Below, in pieces: positions 13,286 to 26,611 of a stretch of DNA of 64,000 bases. The notes below the pieces were generated by a model. That model searched no databases and had not been told where the DNA came from. It saw only the letters and a program-made list of their open reading frames with translations. The DNA is taken from positions 1,925,223-1,989,222 of the forward strand of contig OZ316892.1 in NCBI GenBank assembly GCA_973895155.1, written 5' to 3'. Both the position numbers and the translations under genes were made by a program. Position 1 is the stretch's first letter. The number at the start of each line of letters is the position of its first letter. The DNA is from Marsupella aquatica. Lineage: Eukaryota; Plantae; Marchantiophyta.

Positions 13286-14741
13286 TTTTGATCCCACTTT
13301 ATTAGTTAGATGATTATAGTGCGTGTGAAATGAGTACTTTGGGTCACCTAGAGTAATTCATAAGGGAACTGGTATCTTATTTATAAAACATCAAATGCAA
13401 TGCAAGCTAGAGTTGGGGTCTAGGCTTCTAGAGTGAAACCTATAGATAGTAATTCCATGGCTCATCATGGGAATGGGAAAATTCATGACTATGTCAAATG
13501 GTAACCATGCATGCTTTTTGTCATGTTTTCTATTTGCATTAAAAAATGGGTTTTATGGCCCCACTCTAAGGGATAACTATGGGATGTTATGTATGATTAT
13601 TAAAATGATGACATGCAGGATGAATTTTTTTTTTCATTCAAAGAATGTAAAGTGTATATTTTGGTGATAGTTTTTTTGTACTCCCTTCTATTCGCATTCA
13701 AATAACTGATAGTTGGGGCTAGTTTTAAAACAAATAAAAACACCATGGAAACACCCTCACGAGAAAATCCATCCTGTGCTTTAGGACCAGCAAAACACGA
13801 CAAAAACTCGCAAATTAACAAGGAGCCCAACCGACCAGAAATCACCTTGCCAGTTTTTTTCACTCTCTCCAAAATGAACAAGGTTAAAAAGCCACACAGG
13901 GACCAAAGGCAGGGGTGGCACTTTTGGGTGGGGGGAGCACATTGCATGCCACGAGCAATCGAGCATCAGGGACTCGAGGATCATCACGACAGAGCAATTC
14001 TATGGCAGATTGCCAAATTGAACTGCAACAATCCTTCGGCAATTGTGTGATTCCTCCAGTCGAGCAAGGAAGACAGCATTGGGTATGACTGCACCTAAAG
14101 CACTCGTAAACGCTGCACTTGTCACCTGTCTATCTGATAACTACAGGAACATTCCTGCTTAATTCTCTACTTCTCAGAGACATGACTGCTTTCGAGCCTT
14201 TGCTACTCAGCGGGTGAACGCATCTTGCGTTTCTCCTCGTCCAGAAGTTCTCGAGCCTGCTGTAGCCTAGTAGTAACCTGAGTGTCAAAGCTCTTAGAAT
14301 CCCTTTCATGTAGTGCCGGTGGTTCCGATTTCCCGTCGACAGAGAGCTCTGTTTTCTCCTACGTGCCATGTAGGCAACTTTTCAGTGAGGGAGCCAGTTG
14401 CTTGCACAACCTTTCTCTCACTCTCCCACTGAAAAACGATCACCTTCAGTTTTTATGGCGAAGAATGTTTTTCGCATAGGCTGCTCCTGCGGATCCCTTA
14501 AGCGTCAAATCCACTGAGGCCTCTAAGGTAGATTTTTTGACAAGTAGGTTTTATTTGGGTGGGCTTTTCTTGTGGATCTCTTAAGCACCAAATGTCCTGG
14601 GGTCCCAACTTCGGGAGAACATCTGAGAGGTGGGTGGCTGAAATGTTGTTGTGCAGTCTGTGATCAATCTCTCATGTCCTTCTTGGAACGGCCCGAAGGG
14701 GGTGAATTGTGACATCCTGAATTCGAAGCGGTGCAGATGAG

Positions 14742-16619
14742 ATGCGTGGGTGTAGCGTTAGAGCGATCTGGATTCTTAATCGGTCATCCAAATTGGTCTT
14801 CTCGAGGCGGTTTCCCACCGTGGAGAGGCACTGGAAGCGAGCATGCTTGGACGCAGTGGAGCAGGAGCACCAGGCGGACGGGCAGAACATTGAAAATGTA
14901 GTCTATCAACCGATTCCTTTTGATGGGCAACTGATACATGCATTTCAGGACCGGAAGCAAAGGGAAGGTTCGATTCAAGGTTCTGCAATACGCACAGAAG
15001 ATTCTCATGAAGGCTCTGACTCATGGTTAGACGATGTCATCACACGGCATGTTATTAGTCTCCAGCTGCCCAAGGGGGATGGGGATGGAGCACTTGGCCT
15101 TCTGTGGCCGGTGGTTTTGCATATTGCTGGGACTTACCAAATATTGATCCTGCCTTTGGTTCAGCCAAAAGATTTATTGGCTTATGAAAGGCTCTGCTGG
15201 AGAAAGGATTGCGGCAATGCAACAAACATGGAAGACAAGAGTCTATCAGGCATTCTCCTGGATTTACCCTGCATCACAGCTTCTTTGGAGTTGGCTCACA
15301 TTTTGGGAGATACCGTGACTGGTGAGGTTGGTGAACCAGAAATGTTCATCAATACTGCATCTACCATGGGAGGACTTCTGGAAACTTTAACTGGGGGAAT
15401 GGGTCTCTCTGGCATCGGAGCAAGAGCCAAACCTGTTACGGCTCCAGTGACAGCTGCAGCCACCGCAGTTGCATCTGTTGCAGCCAATGCAACATCTGCA
15501 ATTGTACAGGGAGGCAAAGCTCTTGTGAAGTCAGACAAGGACGCTTTGCGCAGCTTCATCAGCAGTGCCATGCCTTTTGGGACTCCACTTGATCTGAATC
15601 CAATGAACCTTGCGGCCATTAGGTCTAGTGGATTCTCATCTCTGGATGTGCCACATCAGGAGCAGAAGCAACCTGCATGGAAGCCCTATCTTTACAGAGG
15701 CAAGCAAAGGATTCTGTTTACTGTGGATGAAGTAGTCACCGCAGCTTTATACGATCAGGATGATGTAGCCGATGTCATATCTCTTGGTGGCCAAGTTCTG
15801 TGTCGAGCAGACGTAGAGGGATTGCCTGAAATTGTTCTTCCACTGAGTTGCCCTAGCTCTTGCCGACCTGACTCTGTATCATATCATCCTTGCGCTCAGT
15901 CTGCAGAGTTGGGAGCGGATAAACTGACTGTAACATTTTCACCACCTCTTGGGAATTTTGTTTTGGCACAGTATACGGCACTTCCAACAGTTCTGAAGCC
16001 GCCGATGCAAGGGTTTTATCAACTTTCAATGGTGTCCAAGGATGAAGGGGCCTTTCTAATTAGAATGAAACTCATGGAGGGTTACAAGGCTCCTTTAGCA
16101 ATGGATAATTGCTCTTTGTTGATACCCTTTCCCAGGCGCACGATAGTTTCGATGGATGGAACTCCTTCCTACGGTTCAGCGACAACATCTGATCATGCTA
16201 TTGAGTGGAAAATCATCGTTAGCGGCAGGGCACATTCAGCCAAACACAATGATATCACATTCTCAGGAACAGTCAAATTTGCTCCACTATCTGATTCCGG
16301 GCCGTATTCTTATGAAAGTGAGGAAGAAGTTGATGACAAAAGTGCTAACCATTTTGAGGGAGCTGAAACTGGAGATGGTGGGGTAGAGCCTGCGAAGTGG
16401 GAGGAGCCTTTTTGCTGGGAGGCTTACAACTATGCCAAGGCTTCGTTCAAGATTTTGGGGGGAACTATGTCGGGGATCCAAATTGATCCCAAAATCGTCA
16501 CCGTGTACCCTCAAGCAACAAAGCCTTCCTGCGATTATTCTGCTCAGGTTGTTTCTGGAGAGTACATTGTTTGGAATTCTCTGGGGAGATGTCCTCGGGC
16601 AGCTAGTCTAAAACAGTGA
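14742..16619 (+). CDS. AP5M: AP-5 complex subunit mu (adaptin mu homology domain), single exon
   Basis: 625-aa ORF with N-terminal CSVRAIWILN...VFSRRFPTVE, the motifs FISSAMPFGTPLDLN and KQPAWKPYLYRGKQR, and C-terminal SGEYIVWNSLG, all typical of plant AP5M. Confidence 0.92.
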   Translation: MRGCSVRAIWILNRSSKLVFSRRFPTVERHWKRACLDAVEQEHQADGQNIENVVYQPIPFDGQLIHAFQDRKQREGSIQGSAIRTEDSHEGSDSWLDDVITRHVISLQLPKGDGDGALGLLWPVVLHIAGTYQILILPLVQPKDLLAYERLCWRKDCGNATNMEDKSLSGILLDLPCITASLELAHILGDTVTGEVGEPEMFINTASTMGGLLETLTGGMGLSGIGARAKPVTAPVTAAATAVASVAANATSAIVQGGKALVKSDKDALRSFISSAMPFGTPLDLNPMNLAAIRSSGFSSLDVPHQEQKQPAWKPYLYRGKQRILFTVDEVVTAALYDQDDVADVISLGGQVLCRADVEGLPEIVLPLSCPSSCRPDSVSYHPCAQSAELGADKLTVTFSPPLGNFVLAQYTALPTVLKPPMQGFYQLSMVSKDEGAFLIRMKLMEGYKAPLAMDNCSLLIPFPRRTIVSMDGTPSYGSATTSDHAIEWKIIVSGRAHSAKHNDITFSGTVKFAPLSDSGPYSYESEEEVDDKSANHFEGAETGDGGVEPAKWEEPFCWEAYNYAKASFKILGGTMSGIQIDPKIVTVYPQATKPSCDYSAQVVSGEYIVWNSLGRCPRAASLKQ

Positions 16620-19600
16620 AGTGGATGGAGGCCATGTAAGATGTGGGAATACGAACTGGTTGTCAAAATCTTGTTTAGTTCGCCTTTCGGTATCATTCTG
16701 ATGTCTGCTCGCAGACAATTACTGCAGATTTTCCTATTTATTAGAACCTAAGAAAATTCAAATGTTGTTGGATTTCATGGTTTCTGTAGTCTTGTAGGAT
16801 TGCTCGTAGAGAAATTAAAGAAATCTTGGAGATTTCAATTATCATCAGGTGCTGTTCGATACTACGCCCATGACAAATCCGGCATCCGCTGTTCATTCGG
16901 ATTGCACACAGTGATCCATCGAAAATACAGTCAGCAGTCCCTGCCTAAGTTCGTCCACAGTCATTTGTGCCCCTAATACAAGGCTCAAAGGGCAATACAA
17001 CACATTTACGGAATCCATGCCCAGATCCAGACAGCACAAAGCTGTTGCAGTGGTAGTTCTGAGCCCAGAGGACTCCATACAAGCATATCTCAAATTCAGA
17101 GATCACCGACAGATTTAAGTAGCGAAAGTAAGGGGTTAACAGAGATCCTAGAACCCAGCCAGAAAGAACCTGACCTCTGCTTTTCCAGTCACAAAGCTTC
17201 CCCAAAGTCGAAGGATCCAGAGTATTCGTTGAAGAAGAGCTGGATGAGCAAGTACTGCCGGTACCAGACAGGAGCAAGATGCCAGACATGTCGTTCGAAG
17301 AAATGGTTGCGGGGCCAGCATTGAAAGCATGTAATTGACACAGTATGCCGTTTTTAGAAGCCGAGTGATGCCTCTAAAGCTTTACTGGTCTACGGTCAAT
17401 AATAGAGAAGTTTCCTCTTCAAATTGGATTTCAAGAATAAAATGAGTACTATTTCCAGAATTCATTTACTTTTAGCACATTTTCAGATATAAGTCCTTTG
17501 TAGACTTCTATTATATGTGCCGTTTAGATGGAAACATGGTTGTCGCGCTCAAGCAGAGACGATTGAATCAACATGATACCGGTGTTGAAGCATTTTTTCC
17601 GTTGGTTGCAAAACATGTTACCGTAAGATAACATTATGCTAGTCCAAGAGTAGTGACATTATCAGTGTACAAATGTAACCAAGACTAGGAATGCGAGCAG
17701 AAAGTATAAAATCTGCCCAATTGTCACTACAGAGACAGAGAGACGTGAAACAGGGAACATAATAAGCAGATAACCGGAGAGTTTGAGATGGGATTCTGAT
17801 GTCTCGTAGCCTTGCTCATGCAAGAACAGATGCAGTTGCAAGCAACCCCACAGCTGCTTCCGGATTAAATAGGTCCCAATGCTATTACGGATTTTTAACT
17901 GGGCCAATCTGACTTGCATTTGACCGACCCATGATGCCACATGATAGACGTTTTATGGAGACCCTAATGAATCTGGCTGCAGTTCAAAGTTCGATGGTTG
18001 CAACTAAGTTGCTGAGAAGTTTGTTTTTCCTGGTGTGATGTGTGTATGGTGCCCTAATATTACAATGCTGAAAAGTGCCTCTCAGTATCTTACCAACGAA
18101 TCCATATTCATTTGTTTTTTTTTATGGCCCAACTTCAGGGTGATTCCCGGTGACGGGCACTAATTTGTTTCTCAGTAGTATTTCCAAACTTTCCAGCCAC
18201 GTCCCATCACGTCCTGTCCAAACCGCGAATCATTTCACTTAAAGTGTTTTCCTTTCTTCGGAGTCTTCTGGCAGTACTAACCCGAGGCTACTGTGAAACT
18301 CAAATTCATGAAAAGTACTAGTACATTACAAGGCTTGGCTGCCTTATACTATACACATGTTCAAGGATTGACCCGGAGCCAGAGTGCAATCCAGATGATT
18401 TCATTGGTCAATGTGTCACTTTGTTCTGTGACATTGGAAGGGTAAGATATCAAGCAGGAAATGAGTCGTGTAACCAAGATCGAGTCCGACTCTATTCAGG
18501 GCCTTCTGAGTGTGTCTTCGTCCCCAGCAATATTTGAGGGCTCGCAGTGGTAGGTTGACTGAACGTTTGTAACTCTTTCCAGACCAGCGATCCAACCCGC
18601 GTTTCATTTGAGCTCCTGCTATCTCTTCCAATTCTTCTGGTATAGTATAGGATGTGACTACAGTAGTTTGCTGCATTGAAGAGTGTAGGCTCAATGATTT
18701 TATTCCTTGGCTTCCCCACGTTACGTCAGGTCACGGAAAGACTGTCCAAAGCATCCAATGCGTCGAGATAACAGGAATTACTTGTTACGGGATTATGCCA
18801 AGGAAACACTGCCTTAAACACCGAATTCGTTTAGATTTCAAGAATGACATGTGAGAAGATTACGACAAGGAAAACCTTCCAAACAAGCATAATTCGTCCA
18901 GATTTTAGGAGTGCATGTTACAGGATTCTCCTATGGCTCAAGAATACAAAGTCTTCCAGGGAACTTTACCTTTTAGAATTCCTCGATACGCATTTTCTCG
19001 ATAAGTTTTTAACCCTGCAGAACGGCTTCAACTTAAACTTCCGCAATGTCTAGGTGGGCACTGTCTAAAGCATTTGTAGAATTCAATATCCGTGTTGCTA
19101 TTCCAGCTCATGCGGGTTTGAATCCGCGGTCTGCAGGAACTTCAACTGGCAAAGACGGGATCGAAAATAACCGCTCCTGTACAGGAAGCTCCGTCCATAT
19201 CAATTATGATATGGCCCCTTCATCTGCATTTGGCGAATCAATTATAGCTGGTGGCAAGTCATTTGTAAATCAAGTTTGAGTCGTGCCAGGCAGGATTCCG
19301 GCGAACATTTGATATTCAACGAAAAAAGACATCCATTGAGATGCTCGAGTAAATTAGCTATCTTTTTGGATTCCCCTGCCACACCTTGGGTACCTGCATA
19401 TGCTACTCCGAGTAAGGCCCATTACGTTGTTCTCACGACCAACTCAAAGTCTTCACATGTAGCACTGAATTGGAAAGAAAATAGATTTTATAAATTGCCG
19501 TCAATCCCAACTACCTTTATCAGAGCTGCACACAGTTTGAATTTCACTAGGAATGGGCTTGGGCTCCAGTTTTTATGGTGAATGCTCCATCTCTTATGGT

Positions 19601-20746
19601 TGAGTACACTATTCACCACAGGACACGAGTGAGCAGTGGCGAGGCAAGGAATGGGACTTTTTATATGGGCAGGTGTGGTTTAATGACCAAGGTTTTGACT
19701 TCAACTCTCTCTAAAATCGAACTTCATCAACAACCCTACTTGTAATGCATTGATAGGTTGAAAAGAGGGTAGGGCAAACGAGGACGTAAAAGAAAAAAAC
19801 CGCGGAATAATCAGACCACTTGCAGAGCTTAGATCACCAGGCTATGGACAATCCTACCAAATAGAACTCATTAAAATGAAAACAAGCAAACATAACCGAT
19901 ACTGGCGACCAACACATGCCGAGTTGGGATACGTCGCACCATTCATAATAATCCTTGGTGCGTCTTGAACAGATTTGACACAACCATGGAAGCCACGGTG
20001 AAGACTGATAGAGACGGTTTGAGGTAACTGTAATTTGACAAAATGCTTTTCGAAATAATATGGCCACTGACCACCAAAATTACAATCCTGTACTGCTGTG
20101 GTGCTAAGAAAAATAGCCTACACTTTTGGTTTGTAAAGCCAAGGGAGCTGATAACAGAAACTACTGTATTCCCATGACCTCTTTCTGGGAACGAGGTAGT
20201 GGCAGTAGTCCCCTTCTAGGATTAGTGAGACAACTGATTCATGTACAGCTCACCGAATGCATGAAATTCAACTTCCTCTGGAAAACTTGGGACGGAACAC
20301 ATGGGTGCCCACCATCCCATTCAAAATTTGGGAAAACTACGTGTCAAGATCAGGAACAGCAACCCTGCAACAGTGCACGAAGTTGATGTTTTTGCATTGC
20401 CTATAATCTGTCTCGGCAACGATAGTGCACACCAAAGTAACCAGCTGAATCATAGCCCTAGTAATTTGGAAAAGCATCATCTTCTATAGAACTCCTCCGT
20501 GATAAACTTGACCATGCTTCAAGTTGAAAGAAGCCCAAAGCCTGACTTTGATCCGTTGTTGCCTGATTCAAACAGACCAAGTCCAAACAAGACATATACA
20601 GTATCTATGTATATCTATGTGACATTAGGAGGAGTATTCCATACTTTTGAGATGATTCCAGGTAAAAATTGACAAGATGGACCAAACGTGCAGGGAGTGA
20701 CCTTAGCTAAGAATTCTTAAAGGAAAGGAGCGCAGGATCTGTGCCT

Positions 20747-21925
20747 TCAAGACGTTCCGCCCCTCTTGCCAAATATCATTTCGTCTAAATCTGCCATCGC
20801 TTTGTCATCTCCTTGCGTAGAGAGAGGAGTGTGTTGCACCCTCTGCCCATAGTTCCGCACTAATGCATCCTCTCCTCCCCCCGTAAGAAGATCATCTTCG
20901 TCGAAAGCAGGAGCCACCGACCTGTTCACTTCAGTAGGAGTAGTTGCAGGCGTGGACTGGATGGGCGCAGCCGAATCATCATATTTGGACAACACTTTGG
21001 CAAGCTCGTCGTTCAAATTCAGTGCCTCAAACAGGTTGGGATCGTTATCTCCTGCCCTCTGAATTATCCTCTGCAAATTGAGCTGGGATTGTCGGCATTG
21101 CTCGACCAGAGTCTGTGTGATGTCATCCTTCAGGGCCTCTTGCTCGGGCGAGGAGCTCAAAACAGTGGACAAAAGCTCTACGCTGTTCCTCGCCACATCA
21201 AGAGTCTCCTTAACACTCGATGGGTCCGTTAGGTCGGGCTGGGGAGCTTCGTACGCGTCTCTCCACAGAGGCTGGGCACTTCCTCCTCGTGATCCTCTTC
21301 CAGCTCCTGGAGAGACAGACTTTGCTGCGCCCGGAGGTGTGAAAATTGGAGCCAAACTCTCATTATCCCGACCCGGAAACTTCACCCCTCTATTCTTTAA
21401 ACTTTTGTAAGTCTCTTCGTAGATGGGCAAGTACCGGAGCTCGTCTGTGGACTCGCCCCACGCCTCGATGAGCTTGAGGGCCTTCTCGCGGCTCTCAATT
21501 GACGACTGGCGGTCGTCAATTAGCTTCACCATCTCATCCAAAACCCTCTCCGACGCCACCTCAGAAAAGAACTTGTCGCAATTCTTCACGCACGTCTCGA
21601 GCAGAATCAGGGACAGAAACTGTACCGTAGGCTGCTTAAAAATGAGGCGTTTCTTAATGGCTCGCACAGCATCAGTACCAGTGATCTTCTCGTGGTTGAC
21701 CTGATCGCAGAGGTCCAAGTTCCTGGCCCAGTCGGGCCCGTCTAGCGTCTCAGCCGTGGCCTCCTCAACGATCTTGTCCGCTGCCGTTCTGTCGGCAAGG
21801 AAGAGCTCCTTCATCTTCCCGCTCACTGTTGTCATTCGCTCGGACATCTTCCGAGCAAGGTCGGACCCCCCGACCTTTAATTTCTCGCCTACCGCGGAAA
21901 CCTTCTCCTTAAAATTGTCCGACAT
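20747..21925 (-). CDS. TOL: TOM1-like (TOL) VHS-GAT domain protein, single coding exon
   Basis: VHS domain (VEEATAETLDGPDW...LLETCVKNC...KALKLIEAWGES), YEETYKSLKNRGVKFPGRDNESLAPIFTPP, GAT domain (LFEALNLNDEL) and C-terminal DLDEMIFG, as in the TOL1/TOL2 clade. Confidence 0.92.
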   Translation of the reverse strand: MSDNFKEKVSAVGEKLKVGGSDLARKMSERMTTVSGKMKELFLADRTAADKIVEEATAETLDGPDWARNLDLCDQVNHEKITGTDAVRAIKKRLIFKQPTVQFLSLILLETCVKNCDKFFSEVASERVLDEMVKLIDDRQSSIESREKALKLIEAWGESTDELRYLPIYEETYKSLKNRGVKFPGRDNESLAPIFTPPGAAKSVSPGAGRGSRGGSAQPLWRDAYEAPQPDLTDPSSVKETLDVARNSVELLSTVLSSSPEQEALKDDITQTLVEQCRQSQLNLQRIIQRAGDNDPNLFEALNLNDELAKVLSKYDDSAAPIQSTPATTPTEVNRSVAPAFDEDDLLTGGGEDALVRNYGQRVQHTPLSTQGDDKAMADLDEMIFGKRGGTS

Positions 21926-22974
21926 TTTGCTGTCCGTCTGTCTATCCTTCCCGTTCGCGTATCCCCCCTCCTCTGCCCTAGACCACCTTACTACCCTTCA
22001 CTCGTCAGCGAATTTCTTCTCTGCGACCCCCTCCGCCCTCCCGATCAACGATAGAAAAAATTCCTACAGAAAAGCAAAGCAAACAGAGCAGCTCAAACAA
22101 AATTCATCGTCACTTCAGGCAGCGCTCCTCGCCGCTTTGCACAAAGTCCGCGCATAAACAGACAATCGCGGAACCCGATCTCGCGAATTGCGAACACAGT
22201 GATGTTTCTCACCTTCTGTCTCGCCAATCCAAAAGTCCGGCTCGTGGTCGAAACCTCCACGCCGCTTCCTTCCCTCTCCCGGCTCGCTGCCTTTCACGGC
22301 CTCACCAGAAACTCCAGCAGCAGCGAGGAACGATATAATCAGCACACCCTGAGCGAGCGGAATCTCGCGATGATACCTCTGCTTTGCGGCAAGCTTGCTT
22401 CCCTCGGCCAGTCGACAAAGCCACCACCTCCCACCCTCTCCTTCTCTCCCTCGCTACGTGAGAAAAGCAGGCTGGAGTGAAGTCGAAGGCGACTAGGCCC
22501 TCAGAGGCTTCCAAAATTGAGCAACACCCTCCCTCAGAGGTCCGCACGCCGTGATCAATCAATCGATCACCCTGCACCCGACCGATCTCACTCTCTCGTC
22601 AACGAGCGAAACTACTCATCAGCAGCATCGGTGGGATTCGGTGCAGTCGACAATCCTCCGCTTCCTCTTCTTGTCGAGCTGCTACAGTTCGCAACTTTCT
22701 TGCTTGCTACAGGACTTGCTCGTCGCCCATGGTTGGGCTCTCGAGGTATGGAGCAAGCAGTAGTAGACTGGAACGCAACGAGACGCAAAGCCCGGGCGCC
22801 GAGGAGCTCGGGAAGAGACGAAAGAGAGGAAAGGAAGGAAAGGGAGGAAAGGAAGGAAAGGAAGGAAGCCACGAAGGAAGGGACTCCAAAGGGAGGGAAG
22901 CGAGGATTCCGGTCTTGTACAGTCCAGCTTCGTTTGTACTTTGTAGTCGCGAAAATTGGTTTTTAAATGGCTGA

Positions 22975-23800
22975 TGAAACTGCGAAAGTCACTGAAAAGT
23001 AAGGTATGCGCCACTTTTGGCTGGAATTCGCAAGTCTTGGCTTTTTGTCTTTGATTATTCGATTAGCCACTTGTCTTCGCCACTTCAGGCTTTTTGTCTT
23101 TGATTGGATAAGCCACTTTGTGGAAGCAATGGGGAAATGCAGGATATCTGTGTGTAACCATTTTCTGGAGTTCTTTGTTATTTCCATAATTTGATGCCCA
23201 GAAAACTAGTTGAGTTCCTTGTTATTTCCATAATTTATTGCAAGAAAACTAGTTCTCCGTGTGTACTGCGTTTAACCATTTCTGGAGTTCCTTGTTATTT
23301 CCATAATTTAATGCCCAAAAACTAGTTGAGTTCCTTGTTATTTCCATAACATACTTCCCAAAAACTAGTGAAAACTATTTCTTCATGTGTAACCATTTCT
23401 GGAGTTCCTTGTTATTTCCATAATTTATAGCCAAAAAGCTCGTGATATGTAAAGAAGTCTGAGCTGGGGTTCTATTCTGAACTCTACTCTTAAACTGCAG
23501 AAGTCACTGAAAAGTATGTGCTACTTTCGGCTAAAATTTACAAGTCTTTGCCACTTCAGGCTTTTTGTCTTTGATTAGAGACTTCTGTAAATGCCGAAAT
23601 GGAGGTGTGAGGCTATCCGAGTGTAACCATTTCGAAATGACTTTGTTATTTCCATTATTTATTGCCAAAAAACTCTCGATCTGTAAAGACGGTCTAAACT
23701 CTACTGTTAAACTGCAGAAGTCACTGAAAAGTATGCACCACTTTTGGCTAAATTTGGCATGTCTTGGCCACTTCAGGCCTTTTGTCTTTGATTAGCAAGT
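22975..23800. repeat. Complex local tandem repeats upstream of TOL
   Basis: gagttc(c/t)ttgttatttccataa occurs about 5 times in 23165-23425. aaactgc.gaagtcactgaaaagta...gccacttcaggc.ttttgtctttgatt occurs 3 times (~22977, ~23492, ~23709). Confidence 0.8.
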
Positions 23801-24419
23801 TTCCTACCGAGCCACCACAGGGCCCACTGATCACAATCTGATGGTTATCTTCAAATCTCGGGAGATCTAATGGTCCAAAATTCATTTAGAAACATCTGAT
23901 GAGGAATCTATTGAGTATTTTAAACCACCTTAAATTACCTTGGTACAGTGGGTGCAAAGAAGAAGCAATCTTAAGTCTAGTGTACAGTCCAGCACTGTAC
24001 AACACCAGCTAGGCCGCCCCAATTGCATGCTTGCTGAATGCTGATTGTGCCCCTTCACTAAGAGCATCCCCATGGGGCAAACTATTCAGAAGCCTGCCTC
24101 AGGCTCTTTGGCAAAATGAGTGGCACCCAAGTCATCTTTGGCAGTTTGTGCCCAGAATGAAAACCCACCCATTGTGAAACCTGAGCTAACAACATGTGCA
24201 ACAGGAGTTGCAAGTCTGGAGCCTGGGTTCCAATTTTCCACTGGCTGGTGGGGATAATAAATAACCATTTTAGTGAGCACCTCTCACTTGAGTCATTGCT
24301 GGCCCAGCATCCCCCGCCAGCGGTTGGGATCAGAGTTTCCTTTTGCATTTTGGGCTGGGGGCAAATTATGGCACTCTGAAGCCTCCGATTAGAAAGTAGT
24401 TTGTACGAGGACAGTATGA

Positions 24420-24632
24420 CTATTAGATCTAAGTGCGACCATGAGATTTATGAATGGTCACATCCGGATGATTGATTTTGGCAATACATCACTAAGTTTC
24501 TTTTAAACCTCTTTGTATCATTAGCAAGGCATACTACCATTAGATTTATGTATGGTCACATCTGGAACATTGATTTTGGCAAATAAATCAATAAGTTCCT
24601 TTAAAACCTCTTTGTATCATTAGCAAGGCACT
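24420..24632. repeat. ~100-bp tandem duplication
   Basis: agatttatg.atggtcacatc.gga...ttgattttggcaa...aaacctctttgtatcattagcaaggca is present twice. Confidence 0.8.
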
Positions 24633-25879
24633 TCACCTGATTGCAAATGTGCGAATTTAGGAAATGTGGACAGAAAGGAATACTGGCGGGGATGCTCTAG
24701 TAGTAGTAATAAGTCCTTGAGAAGGACTCGTGAAAGGGAGGGCCGGGAGCTGGCGGATCCCAGGAATTGGGCTTGGGGACATAGGGCTTGTCCCTTGTGA
24801 GCCGGTTGACAAGGAGTACCAAGAATGGGTGGGGCCTCCTCATCCTCCCCCTTCCTCCTGCGACGGCGAGAAGAATCAGCAGCTTTCTCACTCTTTCGCT
24901 TTCTATCATTCTTCTTCGCTCGATGAGATGCCATAGCCCCGACCTCGAGAGTGGAGAGAAACCAAACATTGCTGCGCGATCGATCGGGACAGACCATGGT
25001 GAGGAGAGGCGAACTTTACGCCAGACTGATGAAGAGCGTGACCTAAGCAGAAAAATGAGGGACTGGAAAGTAAAGTACCGTAGAGTAGACGTCAGGCGCG
25101 ACCAAATCTGCTAAAGAGACAAACTGCACTGCAAAAGACAGAGAATGACCGAGCCTGATTGTAAACCAGGCCTGTGACCAGACCTACATAGTCATGTGTC
25201 CCAAGCAGCTTATTTTTTAGGCGCGAATTTTCACCAAATTACACCTCCCCAAAAGGGTTTGGTCAATTTTGGCTGAAATTCCATATATTCTTTGCATGCC
25301 ATGCGCCATTTTCCCACCAATCATGGTCCCCATTTGCCAGAATCTAATAGTCTTCCATAAATCTAGGGATATTTGACGGTCAGGATATAATCCAGGAAAA
25401 ACTTATAAGAATATTCCTAGCATCTCCTCCCTTAGAGCACTTGACATTCGCCACACTGGTTAAAAACAAAAAACCTGAAAAAACACACTGGTCCCACATC
25501 AAAAATAATCTCACATAAAAAATGTGACTGTATAATTATGGTGTAAGATGTCAATCCATACCATGAGAACCCAATTATTCTCTTTTTAAATCATTGAGAG
25601 TTATAATATTGGGTCTGCCAATAGTGGTTTCATGAACAAATCATGCCAACCAGCCCCTTGTGCCCACCTCCCCATGACCAAAGTAGGCAGGGGAATTGAA
25701 TTTTAGAAATCCTCAAATGAATCTTTCTCTTGGGGAATGGAGGGGCCCTTTACCATTTTGGTTAGTTGTTCCAGGTGCTTATTATGGAAGGAAAGTTAGC
25801 CAAGCATGGTCCAGTTCCAAAACTAGTCACACATGGGTCTGCTGCTAGACTCATGCTATAGTACACATGAGCCATTCCA

Positions 25880-26097
25880 ATAGAGTGACACTAGAGTCAC
25901 ACAGACACAGCAGCAGCCTGACAAATTCCCGTTGGAGAAAGCTGTGGGAGTGGCCACTCCAATCCACTCCACAAACCAGATTGGTGGGATGGCATATCCT
26001 CTGCCATAGCTGTTACACCAACAGAGAGGCCTTAGTTGGGGGAGTAGCAGATGGTGTCTGCCATCGCTGCAAGAACATGAAGAAACAAAAGATCTAA
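25880..26097 (+). mobile_element. LINE (L1-type) ORF2 3' fragment, zf-RVT region, degenerate
   Basis: WRKLWEWP...RLVGWHILCHSCYTNRE...GVADGVCHRC fits the W.klW...k.f.W......l.t......C..C pattern of the plant LINE zf-RVT domain. Confidence 0.65.
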
Positions 26098-26611
26098 CAA
26101 ATCTTAAGAGTTGGTTTAGATATCTTGCTTTGAATTATTTTTTATTAATTGCCCCTGCAGAAAAGGTGCTGTATAACTCAATCTTTATGTTTTTCTTGTT
26201 TGAGAGAACGGAATCAAACCCACCAGAGCAGTAAATCGAAGAGGCAAGACAACTTTTATGTTCTAGTAAACTATCATTTTCTGGGGGATGCTTACTTTCT
26301 TGGTTGATAAGGCGTGTCTTCCTTTTTGTGTCTTGTTATTACCTGCACAGAAGACACACACCTTTTGTGTTCCCTGAATATTATTGTTACTACTTTCCAA
26401 GAGCACTCAATGGGCTTTCCTTTTATCAATGCCAACCTTGTGACCCCCTTTGAAGGCATTGCATTTTAGTGTGCATTAGTGTCTAAGTTGCAAGCTTCCA
26501 ACAAAGATATGATGACTAGAAGAAGGTAATGGAGAGGTTCCTTTATCTCTAGCTTGAAGGTTGTGATTATTAGCTCAGCTCAATCAACCATATTTTCTTG
26601 TCATGAAAGTT

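Noticed and set aside
16860-20500. Many short ORFs between AP5M and TOL
   Set aside because: The listed ORFs show no recognisable domain, and the frames I translated by hand contain frequent stops. Probably UTR, intron or intergenic DNA.
21756-23014. ORFs of 90-150 aa upstream of and antisense to TOL
   Set aside because: Low-complexity GC/GA-rich 5'-UTR and promoter sequence with no domain signatures.
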